Source: Mustelus asterias
Lineage: Eukaryota
Reading direction: 5' to 3'
Assembly: GCF_964213995.1 (NCBI RefSeq)
Contig: NW_027590197.1
Coordinates: 682,001-746,000 of the forward strand
Length of the DNA stretch: 64,000 nt
Numbering within the stretch: position 1 is the first letter of the stretch; each line of letters opens with the position of its first letter. The position numbers and the translations under genes are program-made. The notes beneath the pieces are model-generated. The model did not search any database, had not been told where the DNA came from, and worked only from the letters and a program-made list of their open reading frames with translations. Shown here in pieces: positions 25,270 to 37,668 of this stretch.

Positions 25270-25540
25270 ACAGAATCATAGAATCCCTATAGTGCAGAAG
25301 GAGGCCATTCGGCCCATCAAGCCTGCACTGACAACGATCCCATCCAGGCCCTATTCCTGTAATCTCATGCCCCAACATGAAAGGGGCAATTTATCATGGC
25401 TAATCCACCTAACCTGCACATCTTTGGACTGTGGGAGGAAACCCACGCAGACACGGGGAGAATGTGCAAACTCCACACAGTAACCTGAGGCTGGAATTGA
25501 ACCCAGGTCCCTGGCGCTGTGAGGCAGCAGTGCTGACCAC
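25270..25540 (-). mobile_element. HE1/V-SINE with CR1-like tail
   Basis: GGCCATTCGGCCCATC tail; GCTGTGAGGCAGCAGTGCT head. Confidence 0.8.
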
Positions 25541-25664
25541 ATGTGACCAATAACCAAGGACATGGCAGACATGACCAGTGTGTGAATTGCTGATGAATGG
25601 TCTTGTCCCTGTTGTTCCAATCTGTGTCCACAAAGGTACAATCCAATGGCAGAGCCATTGCCCA

Positions 25665-26035
25665 GCATTCACTGCGGGAGCTGCTGCGCAGGCGCACTGT
25701 TAGGTTGTGATTGGAGCATGCGCGGTGCGGGTGCTGCAGCTTGATGGAAGGGCGAGGCGGTCGTGTGGCTTTCGCAACGGGTGAAATAAAACACCGAGTG
25801 TGGATGGGGAACGGAGCCGGTGGGTGGAGAGATTTCATTACCACCAGACTCGGCTCGCAAAGTTCGAGTAAAAATCTAACGGTCCCCCATTTGGACCGAG
25901 ACGGTTGTTCTCTCGGTGTCGGGCCGGGCTCGCCGGCCGCCATCTTTATAAGGGGCAATGTTCCGGCAAGGGCGCTGCCATCTTTATAAGGGGCAATGTT
26001 CCAGCTAGGACGCTGCCATCTTTATAGGGGGCAAT
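25665..26035 (+). promoter_or_regulatory. CpG promoter/first-exon module with triplicated YY1-like GCCATCTT
   Basis: TGCGCAGGCGCA, GATTGG, GCATGCGC; GCCATCTTTATA three times at about 25939-26025. Confidence 0.6.
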
Positions 26036-27021
26036 ACCAGCAGCAGGACAGAGCTTTATGCATTTCTATGTTAAAAGCAAAATTCTGTGAGTTCTAGAAA
26101 TCTGAAATAAAAACCGAAAATGGTGGATTGCTAACCTGGACTGACAATAATGTATTTACAGGATACTCGGAGGAGAGAATTCACAATTCAAAACATTGTA
26201 TCTAGATTCAGTCGATTCATCAAGATCATTGACCTTTGAATGTGTAAAGAAGCTGTTCTGTCTGTGGGAAATTATTTCAGCTATCAATGTGTCTGGTATT
26301 TGGATATAAGACTGATAATTTCAAAATCAAGATTCCGCTTGACTGGAAATCATGACAAAGTACTGCAGATGCTGAAATCTGATGAAGGGTCATCCTGACT
26401 CGAAAAGTTGGCTCTATTCTCTGTCCACAGATGCTGTCAGACCTGCTGAGAGTTTCCAGCAGTTTCTGCTTTTGTTGTGACTGGGAATCAATGTGGGTGA
26501 GCAGGCACTGAGGTCTTGGGGCTAACTGGACTTGCTGTCATAGAGTCACACAGCACAGAAAGAGGTCCTTCAGCCCATAAGTGAACAAGCGAGGAAAAGA
26601 TGTTCCACAGCATCAGAATTGTCTATTTAGAATTTCTGTCCTGTACTTACGAGGATTCATTTTATAAACTCCTTTTACAGGCTATGAGAAAGGGAGGAAT
26701 TCCAAACAAGAACATCAAACCAAACATGACATCCAACATCTACTCACTTGATTCATCAGCGCTTGAATATTGTGAACCTTTGAATGTGGAATGAGAAATG
26801 TTTCTCTGTTTCTGTCTGAGGATTTCAAACTGAAAGTTTTGAAACAATTGACTGGAAAAGCACCGAGTGAGAGTGTTCCAGTGAACTGACTGTGGAAAGA
26901 GCTTTAACCAGTTATACAGCCTGATAAAACATCACATTATTCACAGCAAGGAGAAACCATACAGTTTGGACAAGGTTTCAACTGATTGTCCAATCTGGAG
27001 AGTCACAAGGACACTGGCATC

Positions 27022-27692
27022 ATGGAGAAACTGTGGAAATGTGGGGACTGTGGGAAGAGCTTCAATTACCCAAAGCTGAGAAAACGTTATCATTGTCACA
27101 CTGGGGAGACACCATTCACCTGCTCTGTATGTGGGAAGCGATTCACTCAGTCATCCCATCTCACTGACCATCAACTTGTACACAGTGATCAGAGACCTTT
27201 TAAATGCTCTGATTGTGAGAAGAGGTTTAAAAGCAAGAAGCATCTGGTAGCACATCAGCTTGTCCACACTGGGGAGAGGCCGTTCCTCTGCTCTGTGTGT
27301 GGGAAGAGATTCAATCGGTCATCCCACCTTCTGACACATCAGCAAGTTCACACTGGGGAGAGACCATTCCTCTGCTCTGTGTGTGGTAAGGATTCATTCA
27401 GTCATCCCAACTTCTGAGACATCAGCGAGTTCACACTGGGGAGAGGCCATTTACCTGCTCTGAGTGTGGGAAGGGATTCAGTCAGTTGTCCGACCTTCTG
27501 GTACACCAGCGAGTTCACACTGGGGAGAGGCCATTCACCTGCTCTGTGTGTCGGAACAGCTTTGCTCAGTCATCTACTCTTCAGACACACCAACGAGTTC
27601 ATACTGGAGAGAGGCCATTCACCTGCTCTGAGTGTGAGAAGGGATTCATTCAGTTATCCGACCTTCTGAGACACCAGCGAGTTCACAAATGA
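27022..27692 (+). pseudogene. C2H2 ZNF array, about 8 fingers, 1-bp frameshift near 27390
   Basis: ORFs 26986-27417 and 27486-27692; GGTAAGGATTC where other fingers have GGGAAGGGATTC; acceptor ends at 26680. Confidence 0.8.
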
Positions 27693-28214
27693 TTGTAGAA
27701 TTTGGAGTTTGTCATTGCTGCTTTTAGTGACATCCCGGACTGAACATGTGGCTGTGTAAGCTGAGGTGTGTAAGGAATGTGTCCCAGCCACGCTCTTCCA
27801 TGATTCAGTGGTCCTGGAGGGAGAACAGAAACTCCTTTACAACTGGGTTTAGAGTCAGGAAGAACAACGGTGAATATTGGAAATGTGATGTCAAGTCAGA
27901 GATTGGTGTTAAATTGGGATCTGTTCCTAACTGAGACTTTGAGAAGAAATAGAAATGTGGAATGAACATTTAAAATGTTTGTGATATTCCTGATCTATCA
28001 TTGTCAGACAATAACAACACTCTACATTTATATTGTCTCTTTAACAGAGTAAATGTGAAAACTGACACTGTTTTCAGATGTTGTCACTGATGGGAATATG
28101 TTGATAAGAAATAAGAGGCCAAGCCTCTGGAGACACCAGAGGTAAGTGTGGGAATGGGAAGGGAAGATACTATAAGTGATTCTCTGACTCTGATTGAAGA
28201 GAGAAGAATAGGTT

Positions 28215-28487
28215 TAAAGTTTAATGTTTATTTATTAGTTTCACAAGTAGGCTTACATTAACATTGCGATGAAGTTACTATGAAAATCCCCTAGTCGCCA
28301 CATTCCTGCGCCTGTTTGGGTACACTGAGGGAGAATTTGGCATGGTCAATGCGAACCAGTACATCTTTTGAACTGTGGAGGAAACCAGAACATCCGGAGG
28401 AAACCCACACAGACAGTGACCCAGAATCGAACCCGAGTCCCTGGTGCTTGAGACGGCAGTGCTAACCACTGTGCCACCGTGCCGCCC
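28215..28487 (-). mobile_element. V-SINE, second tail type
   Basis: Head GTGCTAACCACTGTGCCACCGTG; tail CACAAGTAGGCTTACATTAAC. Confidence 0.8.
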
Positions 28488-28754
28488 ATGTAGAACCAAA
28501 AGAGAGTAGCCCCACCCAGCTGGACGACAGTGGAGAGGGATGGAGCAGAATGATGTGGGCGACCTTGCCAAAGGCTGCAAATAGGTCGAGGATAAAAAGG
28601 GAAAGTTCATTTTTGTTGCAGTCACATAGGATGTCAGTGCGGACTTTGATAAGAGCTGTTTCAGTAATGTGGCAAGGCAGAAACCTGATTGAAGAATTCA
28701 AATATGGAGTTCTGGGAAAGATGGCCTTGGGTTTTGGGAGAAGGCAAAACATTC

Positions 28755-29235
28755 AGAATGAATGAGGGGGCGGGGCTGGAGGACCGAGCGAGAGCGGCTG
28801 GTCCTCCAACCAATCGGAGTGAATGAGGGGCGGGGCTAAGGGCGAGTTGCACTGTGGGGATCTGGAGCATGCGCAGTGCCGATCACTGAGGATTGAGACG
28901 GTTGCGGAAATATTCAGTCCGGGCGATAACACCGGGTAAATCAGGAATGAGTGATGGAGCCGGTGGGTGGGCGGACTTGGAGGCTTCATAAAAGTCCCGT
29001 GTAGCCGCAAGCCCCCAATAGGAAGCTCGGATTCGATATTTGAACCGTTGAAAGGTTGTTCGGGCTTTTCCCCCCGATTCAGGCCCGGGTGAACGATCGC
29101 CATCTTAACAGTGTGCGGCCGAGCGCACGCGCAGACAGAGGGAGCTCCATGCTCAGCCCCCTCCGCCCCGATTCAGTCTGATTGGTTGGAGGACCAGCCG
29201 CTTGTGCTCCGCCCACTTGCTGCGCATGCGCTCTG
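28755..29235. promoter_or_regulatory. CpG promoter module with two opposed half-modules
   Basis: GAATGAGGGGCGGGGCT twice, dyad, CCAAT, GCATGCGCA, CGCCATCTT, TGCGCATGCGC. Confidence 0.65.
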
Positions 29236-29295
29236 CTCCCCGCTGAACAAAGAAGACTGTCTGTGTGGGTTTCCTCCGGATGTTCTGGTTTCCTC

Positions 29296-31400
29296 CACTG
29301 TTTTATATTCGGGTCTGGGTCAATAATCTTCACTGTTTTATATTCGGGTCTGGGGGATAATGTTTACTGTTTTATATTTGGGTCTGGGGGGGATAATGTT
29401 CACTGTTTTATATTCGGGTCTGGGGGGGATAATGTTCACTGTTTTATATTCGGGTCTGGGGGGGAGAATGTTCACTGTTTTATATTCGGGTCTGGGGGAT
29501 AATGTTCACTGTTTTATATTTGGGTCTGGGGGATAATGTTCACTGTTTTATATTCGGGTCTGGGGGATAATGTTCACTGTTTTATATTTGGGTCTGGGGG
29601 GGGATAATGTTCACTGTTTTATATTTGGGTCTGGGGGGGGATAATGTTCACTGTTTTATATTTGGGTCTGGGGGGGGATAATGTTCACTGTTTTATATTC
29701 GGGTCTGGGGGGGATAATGTTCACTGTTTTATATTCAGGTCTGGGGGATAATGTTCACTGTTTTATATTCGGGTCTGGGGGGATAATGTTCACTGTTTTA
29801 TATTCGGGTCTGGGGGGGGATAATGTTCACTGTTTTATATTCGGGTCTGGGGGGATAATGTTCACTGTTTTATATTCGGGTCTGGGGGGGATAATGTTCA
29901 CTGTTTTATATTTGGGTCTGGGGGATAATGTTCACTGTTTTATATTCGGGTCTGGGGGTGGGATAATGTTCACTTTTATATTCGGGTCTGGGGGGGGATA
30001 ATGTTCACTGTTTTATATTCAGGTCTGGGGGGAGAATGTTCACTGTTTTATATTCGGGTCTGGGGGGGATAATGTTCACTGTTTTATATTCGGGTCTGGG
30101 GGGGGATAATGTTCACTGTTTTATATTCGGGTCTGGGGGATAATGTTCACTGTTTTATATTCGGGTCTGGGGGATAATGTTCGCTGTTTTATATTCGGGT
30201 CTGGGGGGATAATGTTCACTGTTTTATATTCGGGTCTGGGGGGGATAATCTTCACTGTTTTATATTCGGGTCTGGGGGATAATGTTTTCTGTTTTATATT
30301 TGGGTCTGGGGGGGGATAATGTTCACTGTTTTATATTCGGGTCTGGGGGGGATAATGTTCACTGTTTTATATTCGGGTCTGGGGGGGATAATGTTCACTG
30401 TTTTATATTCGGGACCGGGGGGGAGAATGTTCACTGTTTTATATTCGGGTCTGGGGGATAATGTTCACTGTTTTATATTTGGGTCTGGGGGATAATGTTC
30501 ACTGTTTTATATTCGGGTCTGGGGGGGGGGATAATGTTCACTGTTTTATATTCGGGTCTGGGGGGGATAATGTTCACTGTTTTATATTTGGGTCTGGGGG
30601 ATAATGTTCACTGTTTTATATTCGGGTCTGGGGGGGATAATGTTCACTGTTTTATATTCGGGTCTGGGGGATAATGTTCACTGTTTTATATTCGGGTCTG
30701 GGGGATAATGTTCACTGTTTTATATTCGGGTCTGGGGGGGATAATGTTCACTGTTTTATATTCGGGTCTGGGGGGGGATAATGTTCACTGTTTTATATTC
30801 AGGTCTGGGGGATAATGTTCACTGTTTTATATTCGGGTCTGGGGGATAATGTTCGCTGTTTTATATTCGGGTCTGGGGGGATAAGATTCACTGTTTTATA
30901 TTCGGGTCTGGGGGGGATAATGTTCACTGTTTTATATTCGGGTCTGGGGGGGGGATAATGTTCACTTTTATATTCGGGTCTGGGGGGGGATAATGTTCAC
31001 TGTTTTATATTCGGGTCTGGGGGGGGGGATAATGTTCACTTTTATATTCGGGTCTGGGGGGGGATAATGTTCACTGTTTTATATTCAGGTCTGGGGGGAG
31101 AATGTTCACTGTTTTATATTCAGGTCTGGGGGGGATAATGTTCACTGTTTTATATTTGGGTCTCGGGGGGATAATGTTCACTGTTTTATATTCAGGTCTG
31201 GGGGGGATAATGTTCACTGTTTTATATTCGGGTCTGGGGGGGATAATGTTCACTGTTTTATATTCGGGTTTGCGGGGGAGAATGTTCACTGTTTTATATT
31301 CGGGTCTGGGGGGCATAATGTTCACTGTTTTATATTCGGGTCTGGGGGGGATAATGTTCACTGTTTTATATTCGGGTCTGGGGGGGAATAATGTTCACTG
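29296..31400. repeat. 2.1-kb minisatellite, unit ATAATGTTCACTGTTTTATATTCGGGTCT plus G5-10 (about 34-39 bp, roughly 58 units)
   Basis: Directly visible. Confidence 0.97.
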
Positions 31401-32733
31401 TCTGGGGTTTGTGAGCTCGGGTTGATTCTGCCTACGGTGCATTCTCAGTTGTCAGAGCTCTCATTAAAAGCCCTAATTTCCAGTCAGTGACTGAGTTGTC
31501 TCTGATGGGATGGAGAATCAGAGTGGGGGTAATGTGCTTCATGGACAGCGATGGGTGGGAGTGAGTATAAAATAAACCAGGACTACACCAAGTAGTTTTG
31601 AGAACATTGAAACCATCACAAAATATCACAGCATCATGTTGGAAAACAGAATACTTTATCTGAATCTTTGATCAATTTTGTTTGATTCAATATTGTGAGT
31701 GACTTGTTGGATTGCTGGTTATTTTCTAAAGGCAGCTCAGCACCATCATTTTGGCCATAAACTCGGCCCTGGTAACTGCTGCTTTTTTTCTGCACCTTCT
31801 GTTTTAATTTTAAGTGGAACCTTAATATTTGCTTGGTACACCGGCCGATTGATCTTTCCAGGGGTGAGTGTGTCTGAGAAATATACAACTAAAAACATTC
31901 TCTATTTACCTCCTGCATTGCTGCAGTAAATATACATTGTTCTGACTCTGCCAGCAGGGCTGTGGAATTAATTGGATCGATCTTAAAGAGAGCCCGGCTG
32001 GGCAGGATAAAGTCACAGAGGTTTACAGCATGGAAACGTGAGCCAAATGGTTTCCATCTGTGATGTATCATTGCATAAAACAGAATATTCAGTCTCAGGA
32101 GAAAGAAAGTGAAATAAACCAGTTTCTGGGGGATTTACCCAATCAGTATGAGCACCTTCAGGAGAGCGGGGGGAGGGGGGAAACCAGTGAGAAATGTTTT
32201 AAAAACTCAGGGTGTTCCCACAGGAGAGCACTGGTTTAAATCAATTTTAGAAATAGAGAATGGCAGTGCACAAATTCAGAGGAATGTATTTTAAAAAATT
32301 AATTGATCTCAATTGCACAAGATAATTTTCTATTATGTCTTTGATTGACAATGGCGCTGTTAATTCCCAGGTGCTCCTGCGGTTGTGAACGTGCCCTATT
32401 CTTCCGGTGAAGCGGGCAGAGAGGGGAGTGATTTTTGGAGGGCAGAACTGGAAGATAAGATAAGCTGAATTTATTTTTACTTACTTTTTTCGGAGTTGTT
32501 TTTTTCCTGAGAAACAGGAAACTGGAAGTCAGCCGTAGGGAGACCTGGGACGTTTTTTTTTTTGCCCACTAAATTTGAACGGGGAGGTAACCCGAGACTC
32601 TACACGTGTATAGAGTCTCCCACCCTCCCTCCTCCTCTAACCTAAAAAAAAAGACTCGGTGTGAGAGCAGGTGAGCTTTCTTTTTCTTTTTCTTCTTTTC
32701 TCTTTCGTTTATTAGTTCGGGAAGTTAGCAGGG

Positions 32734-33657
32734 ATGTCAGTGCAGGCAGTGCAATGTTCCTCCTGTGGGATGTGTGAGGTGAGGGACACCATTAGTGTCC
32801 CAGCTGAGTACACCTGCAGGAAGTGCACCCAATTCCAGCTCCTTGAAGACCATGTTAGGGATCTGGAGTTGGAACTGGATGAACTCAGGATCATTCGGGA
32901 GGCAGAGACAGTTATAGATAAAAGCTACAGGGAGGTTCATACTCCTAGGAATGAGGATACTTGGGTGACTGTTAGAAAGGGTAAGAAGCAGACAGTGCAG
33001 CGATCCCCTGTGGCCGTTCCTCTGTATAACAAGTATACCGTTTTGGATACTGTTGGGGAGGGCAACTTACCAGGGGTAAGCCATGGGGTACAGATCTCTG
33101 GCACAGAGTCTGTCCCTGTTGCTCAGAAGGGAAAGGGGGGGAGGAGTAGAGCATTAGTCATTGGGAACTGCATAGTTAGGGGGACAGATCGGAGATTCTG
33201 TGAGAGCGAGAGGGACTCGCGGCTGGTGTGTTGCCTCCCAGGTACCAGGGTCTTTGATGTCTCGGATCGTGTTTTCAAGATCCTTAAGGGGGAAGGGGAC
33301 CAGCCCCAAGTTGTGGTCCACACAGGCACCAATGACATAGGTAGGAAAAGAGATGGGGATATAAGGCAGAAATTCAGGGAGTTAGGGTGGAAGCTTAGAG
33401 CGAGAACAAATAGAGTTGTTATCTCTGGTTTGTTACCCGTGCCACGTGCTAGTGAGGAGAGGAATAGGGAGAGAGAGCAGTTGAACACGTGGCTACAGGA
33501 ATGGTGCAGGAGGGAAGGATTTAGATACCTGGATAATTGGCGCTCATTCTGGGGTAGGTGGGACCTCTACAAACGGGATGGTCTTCACCTGGACCAGAGG
33601 GGTACTAATATCCTGGGGGGGAAATTTGCTAATGCTCTTCGGGAGGGTTTAAACTAA
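32734..33657 (+). CDS. CR1 ORF1p: zinc finger/leucine zipper plus SGNH esterase-like domain
   Basis: CSSC..CRKC, heptad leucines, HTGTND, DGLHL; the GDS motif reads GNC. Confidence 0.85.
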   Translation: MSVQAVQCSSCGMCEVRDTISVPAEYTCRKCTQFQLLEDHVRDLELELDELRIIREAETVIDKSYREVHTPRNEDTWVTVRKGKKQTVQRSPVAVPLYNKYTVLDTVGEGNLPGVSHGVQISGTESVPVAQKGKGGRSRALVIGNCIVRGTDRRFCESERDSRLVCCLPGTRVFDVSDRVFKILKGEGDQPQVVVHTGTNDIGRKRDGDIRQKFRELGWKLRARTNRVVISGLLPVPRASEERNREREQLNTWLQEWCRREGFRYLDNWRSFWGRWDLYKRDGLHLDQRGTNILGGKFANALREGLN

Positions 33658-34534
33658 TTCGGCAGGGGGGTGGGAACCTGGATTTCTGCTCCAGTGTACA
33701 GGAGGATGTGAGTGGTGAGGTGATGAATAAGATTTCAAGGTCGCAGGAGTGTACCGGCAGGCAGGAAGGTGCTTTGAAGTGTGTCTACTTCAATGCCAGG
33801 AGCATCCGGAATAACGTGGGTGAACTTGCAGCATGGGCTGGTACCTGGGACTTCGATGTTGTGGCCATTTCGGGGACATGGATAGAGCAGGGACAGGAAT
33901 GGTTGTTGCAGGTTCCGGGGTTTAGATGTTTCAGTAAGATCAGGGAAGGTGGTAAAAGAGGAGGAGGTGCGGCATTGTTAGTCAAGGACAGTATTACGGT
34001 GGCAGAAAGGATGTTAATGAGGACTCGTCTACTGAGGTAGTATGGGCTGAGGTTAGAAACAGGAAAGGAGAGGTCACCCTGATGGGAGTTTTCTATAGGT
34101 CTCCGAAAAGTTCCAGAGATGTAGAGGAAAAGATTGCAAAGATGATTCTGGATAGGAGCGAAAGTAACAGGGCAGTTGTTATGGGGGACTTTAACTTTAC
34201 AAATATTGACTGGAAATGCTATAGTTCGAGTACTTTAGATGGGTCAGTTTTTGTCCAATGTGTGCAGGAGGGTTTGCTGACACAGTATGTAGATAGACCA
34301 ACAAGAGGCGAGGCCACATTGGATTTGGTACTGGGTAATGAACCAGGCCAGGTGTTAGATTTGGAGGTAGGTGAACACTTTGGTGATAGTGACCACAATT
34401 CGGTTACGTTTACTTTAGCAATGGAAAGGGATAGGTATACACCGCAGGGCAAGTATTATAGCTGGGGGAAAGGAAATTATGATGCGATTAGGCGAGATTT
34501 AGGATGCACAGGATGGGGAAGAAATCTGTAGGGG

Positions 34535-36481
34535 ATGGGCACAATTGAAATGTGGAGCTTGTTCAATGAACAGCTACTGCGTGTCCTTGATAAGTATGTA
34601 CCTGTCAGGCAAGGAGGTAGTGGTCGAGCGGGGGAACCGTGGTTTACTAAAGAAGTTGAATCTCTTGTGAAGAGGAAGAAGGAGACTTATGTAAAGATGA
34701 GACGTGAAGGCTCAGTAAGGGCGCTTGAGAGTTACAAGTTCGCCAGGAAGGAGCTGAAGAGAGAGCGAAGAAGAGCCAGGAGGGGACATGAGAAGTCTTT
34801 GGCAGGTAGGATCAAGGAAAATCCTAACGCTTTCTACAGGTATGTCAGGAATAAAAGAATGACTAGGGTAAGATTAGGGCCAGTCAAGGACAGTAGTGGG
34901 AAGTTGTGCGTGGAGTCTGAAGAGATAGGAGAGGCGCTAAATGAATATTTTTCGTCAGTATTCACACAGGAAAAAGACAATGTTGTCGAAGAGAATACTG
35001 AGATACAGGCTATTGGACTAGACGGGATTGAGGTTCATAAGGAGGAGGTGTTAGCAATTCTGGAAAGTGTGAAAATAGATAAGTCCCCTGGGCCGGATGG
35101 GATTTATCCTAGCATTCGCTGGGAAGCTAGGGAGGAGATTGCAGAGCCTTTGGCTTTGATTTTTATGTCATTGTCTACAGGAATAGTGCCAGAAGACTGG
35201 AGAATAGCAAATGTTGTCCCCTTGTTCAAGAAGGGGAGTAGAGACAACCCTGGTAATTATAGACTGGTGAGCCTTACTTCTGTTGTGGGCAAAGTTTTGG
35301 AAAGGATTAGAAGAGATAGGATTTATAATCATCTCGAAATTAATAATTTGATTAGGGATAGTCAGCACGGTTTTGTGAAGGGAAGGTCGTGCTTCACAAA
35401 CCTTATTGAGTTCTTTGGGAAGGTGACCAAAGAGGTGGATGAGGGTAAAGCAGTTGATGTGGTGTTTATGGATTTAAGTAAAGCATTTGATAAAGTTCCC
35501 CACTTTAGGCTATTGCAGAAAATACAGAGGCATGGGATTGAGGGTGATTTTGAGATTTGGATCAGAAATTGGCGAGCTGTAAGAAGACAGAGGGTGGTGG
35601 TTGATGGGAAATGTTCATCCTGGAGTTCAGTTACTAGTGTACCGCAAGGATCTGTTTTGGGGCCACTTTTGTTTGTCATTTTTATAAATGGTCTGGATGA
35701 GGGCGTAGAAGGATGGGTTAGTAAATTTGCGGATGACACTAAAGTCGGTGGAGTTGAGGACAGTGTGGAAGGATGTTGCAGGTTACAGAGGGACATAGAT
35801 AAGCTGCAGTGCTGGGCTGAGAGGTGGCAAATGGAGTTTGATGTGGAAAAGTGTGAGGTGATTCACTTTGGAAGGAGTAACAGGAATACAGAGTACTGGG
35901 CTAATGGTAAGATACTTGGTAGTGTGGATGAGCAGAGAGATCTCGATGTCCATGTGCATAGATCCCTGAAAGTTGGCACCCAGATTGATAGGGTTGCTAA
36001 GAAGGCGTACAGTGTGTTAGCTTTTATTAGAAGAGGGATTGAGTTTCGGAGCCATGCTGTCATGTTGCAGCTGTACAAAACTCTGGTGCGGCCGCACTTG
36101 GACTATTGCGTACAGTTCTGGTCGCCGCATTATAGGAAGGATGTGGAAGCATTGGAAAGGGTGCAGAGGAGATTTACCAGGATGTTGCCTGGTATGGTGG
36201 GAAGGTCTTATGAGGAAAGGCTGAGTGACTTGAGGCTTTTTTCGTTGGAGAGAAGAAGTTTAAGAGGTGACTTAATAGAGGCATTCAAGATGATCAGAGG
36301 ATTAGATAAGTTGGACAGTGTAAGCCTTTTTCCTCGGATGATGATGGCTAGCACGAGGGGGCATAGCTTTAAATTGAGGGGTGATAGATATAGATCAGAT
36401 GTCAGAGGTAGGTTCTTTACTCAGAGAGTAGTAAGGGTGTGGAATGCCCTGCCTGCAACAGTAGTGGACTCGTCAACATGA
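34535..36481 (+). CDS. CR1 ORF2 reverse transcriptase portion
   Basis: [31 protein letters not shown]. Confidence 0.85.
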   Translation: MGTIEMWSLFNEQLLRVLDKYVPVRQGGSGRAGEPWFTKEVESLVKRKKETYVKMRREGSVRALESYKFARKELKRERRRARRGHEKSLAGRIKENPNAFYRYVRNKRMTRVRLGPVKDSSGKLCVESEEIGEALNEYFSSVFTQEKDNVVEENTEIQAIGLDGIEVHKEEVLAILESVKIDKSPGPDGIYPSIRWEAREEIAEPLALIFMSLSTGIVPEDWRIANVVPLFKKGSRDNPGNYRLVSLTSVVGKVLERIRRDRIYNHLEINNLIRDSQHGFVKGRSCFTNLIEFFGKVTKEVDEGKAVDVVFMDLSKAFDKVPHFRLLQKIQRHGIEGDFEIWIRNWRAVRRQRVVVDGKCSSWSSVTSVPQGSVLGPLLFVIFINGLDEGVEGWVSKFADDTKVGGVEDSVEGCCRLQRDIDKLQCWAERWQMEFDVEKCEVIHFGRSNRNTEYWANGKILGSVDEQRDLDVHVHRSLKVGTQIDRVAKKAYSVLAFIRRGIEFRSHAVMLQLYKTLVRPHLDYCVQFWSPHYRKDVEALERVQRRFTRMLPGMVGRSYEERLSDLRLFSLERRSLRGDLIEAFKMIRGLDKLDSVSLFPRMMMASTRGHSFKLRGDRYRSDVRGRFFTQRVVRVWNALPATVVDSST

Positions 36482-36639
36482 AGGGCATTTAAAGGGTCAT
36501 TGGATAAACATATGGATGAGATTGGAATAGTGTAGGTTGGATGGGTTTAGATTCGTTTCACAGGTCGGTGCAACATTGAGGGCCGAAGGGCCTGTACTGC
36601 GCTGTAATGTTCTATGTTCTATAGTCATTCCACAGGAGC

Positions 36640-37030
36640 CTATTGCGCAGGCGCAGTGCTGTATCTGGGGCATGCGCAGTGTCACTGCTCAGAGTCCTGA
36701 ATGCGGGAGACGCTTTTTTCAGCGGGTGAGTCGGCTGGGCTGCGGGAGAAGTGGAGCCGGGAGTTGGGGTAGGGAGGGAGCGAGCGGAGGCTTCACAAAC
36801 ATCCGCTGTAGGCTGCACGGCCCGAATCAGACCCTGCAGGTCCCGGGTTTACAGCTCCCAGGCTTTTATCTCGGGAACAGGCCCCGGTTATCGGCCGCCA
36901 TCTTGTTTCAGCGGGGAAGGAGGGCACATGCGCTGCTGTCTGTGACGGGTCACAATGGGCGTGGTTTCGGGGGCTGGTTCAGAACCTCTATCTTCAGAGG
37001 GACAATAGGTAGCAGGGCGCATGCGCAGCT
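36640..37030 (+). promoter_or_regulatory. CpG promoter/first exon with splice donor CGG|GTGAGT near 36726
   Basis: TGCGCAGGCGCA, GCATGCGCA twice, GCCGCCATCTT; homologous to 17470-17540. Confidence 0.6.
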
Positions 37031-37369
37031 ATCCAAGAACATCGGAATAAGAATTCGAAACAGGAGCCCGTCATTCGGCCCATCGAGCCTGCTGCATCAT
37101 TCAATAAGATCATGTCTACTTTGCTACCCCCAGCCCGTCCATACCCTTAACTCTCTTGTGGATCAAAACCTCAGCTTTGAATATATTCAATGACCTGCCT
37201 CCAATCCTCACTGGTGAAGACAGAGTTCCAAAGATCAACAACCCGCTGAGAGAAAAGATCTCTCTTCATCTTCATCTTAAATTTGAGATCCTTTATTTTT
37301 ACTTGATTCCCACACCTGAGGAAACATCCTCTCAGCATCTACCTTGTCAAGCACCTTATATCATATGAA

Positions 37370-37668
37370 TCACAGAATCCCTACAGTGCAGAAGCAGGCC
37401 ATTTGGCCCATCGAGTCTGTGCCGACCACAATCCCACCCAAGCCCCATCCCCACAACCCCATGCATTTGACACGAGGGTCAATTTAGCATAGCCAATCCA
37501 CCGAACCACAGTCTTTGGACTGTGGGAGGAAACCAGAGCACCTGGAGGAAACCCACACAGACAGTGCACAGAAAATGTGCAAACTCCACACAGACAGTGA
37601 CCCAAGGCCGGAATTGAACCTGGGACCCTGGCGCTGTGAGGCAGCAGTGCTAGCCACCATGCCGCCCT
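37370..37668 (-). mobile_element. HE1/V-SINE with CR1-like tail
   Basis: Same head, core and tail as 2152-2492. Confidence 0.8.

Larger units (their letters stand above)
32420..36623 (+). mobile_element. Near full-length CR1 LINE, ORF2 inactivated
   Basis: 5'UTR, ORF1, and ORF2 (YFNARS, MGDFN, SDH endonuclease; RT KFADDTK) with a frameshift near 34020 and stops at 34531 and 36481; tail ATGTTCTATGTTCT. Confidence 0.92.

Noticed and set aside
29182-31425. Repetitive ORFs or a CRISPR-like appearance in the minisatellite
   Set aside because: No unique spacers and no cas genes; eukaryotic tandem repeat
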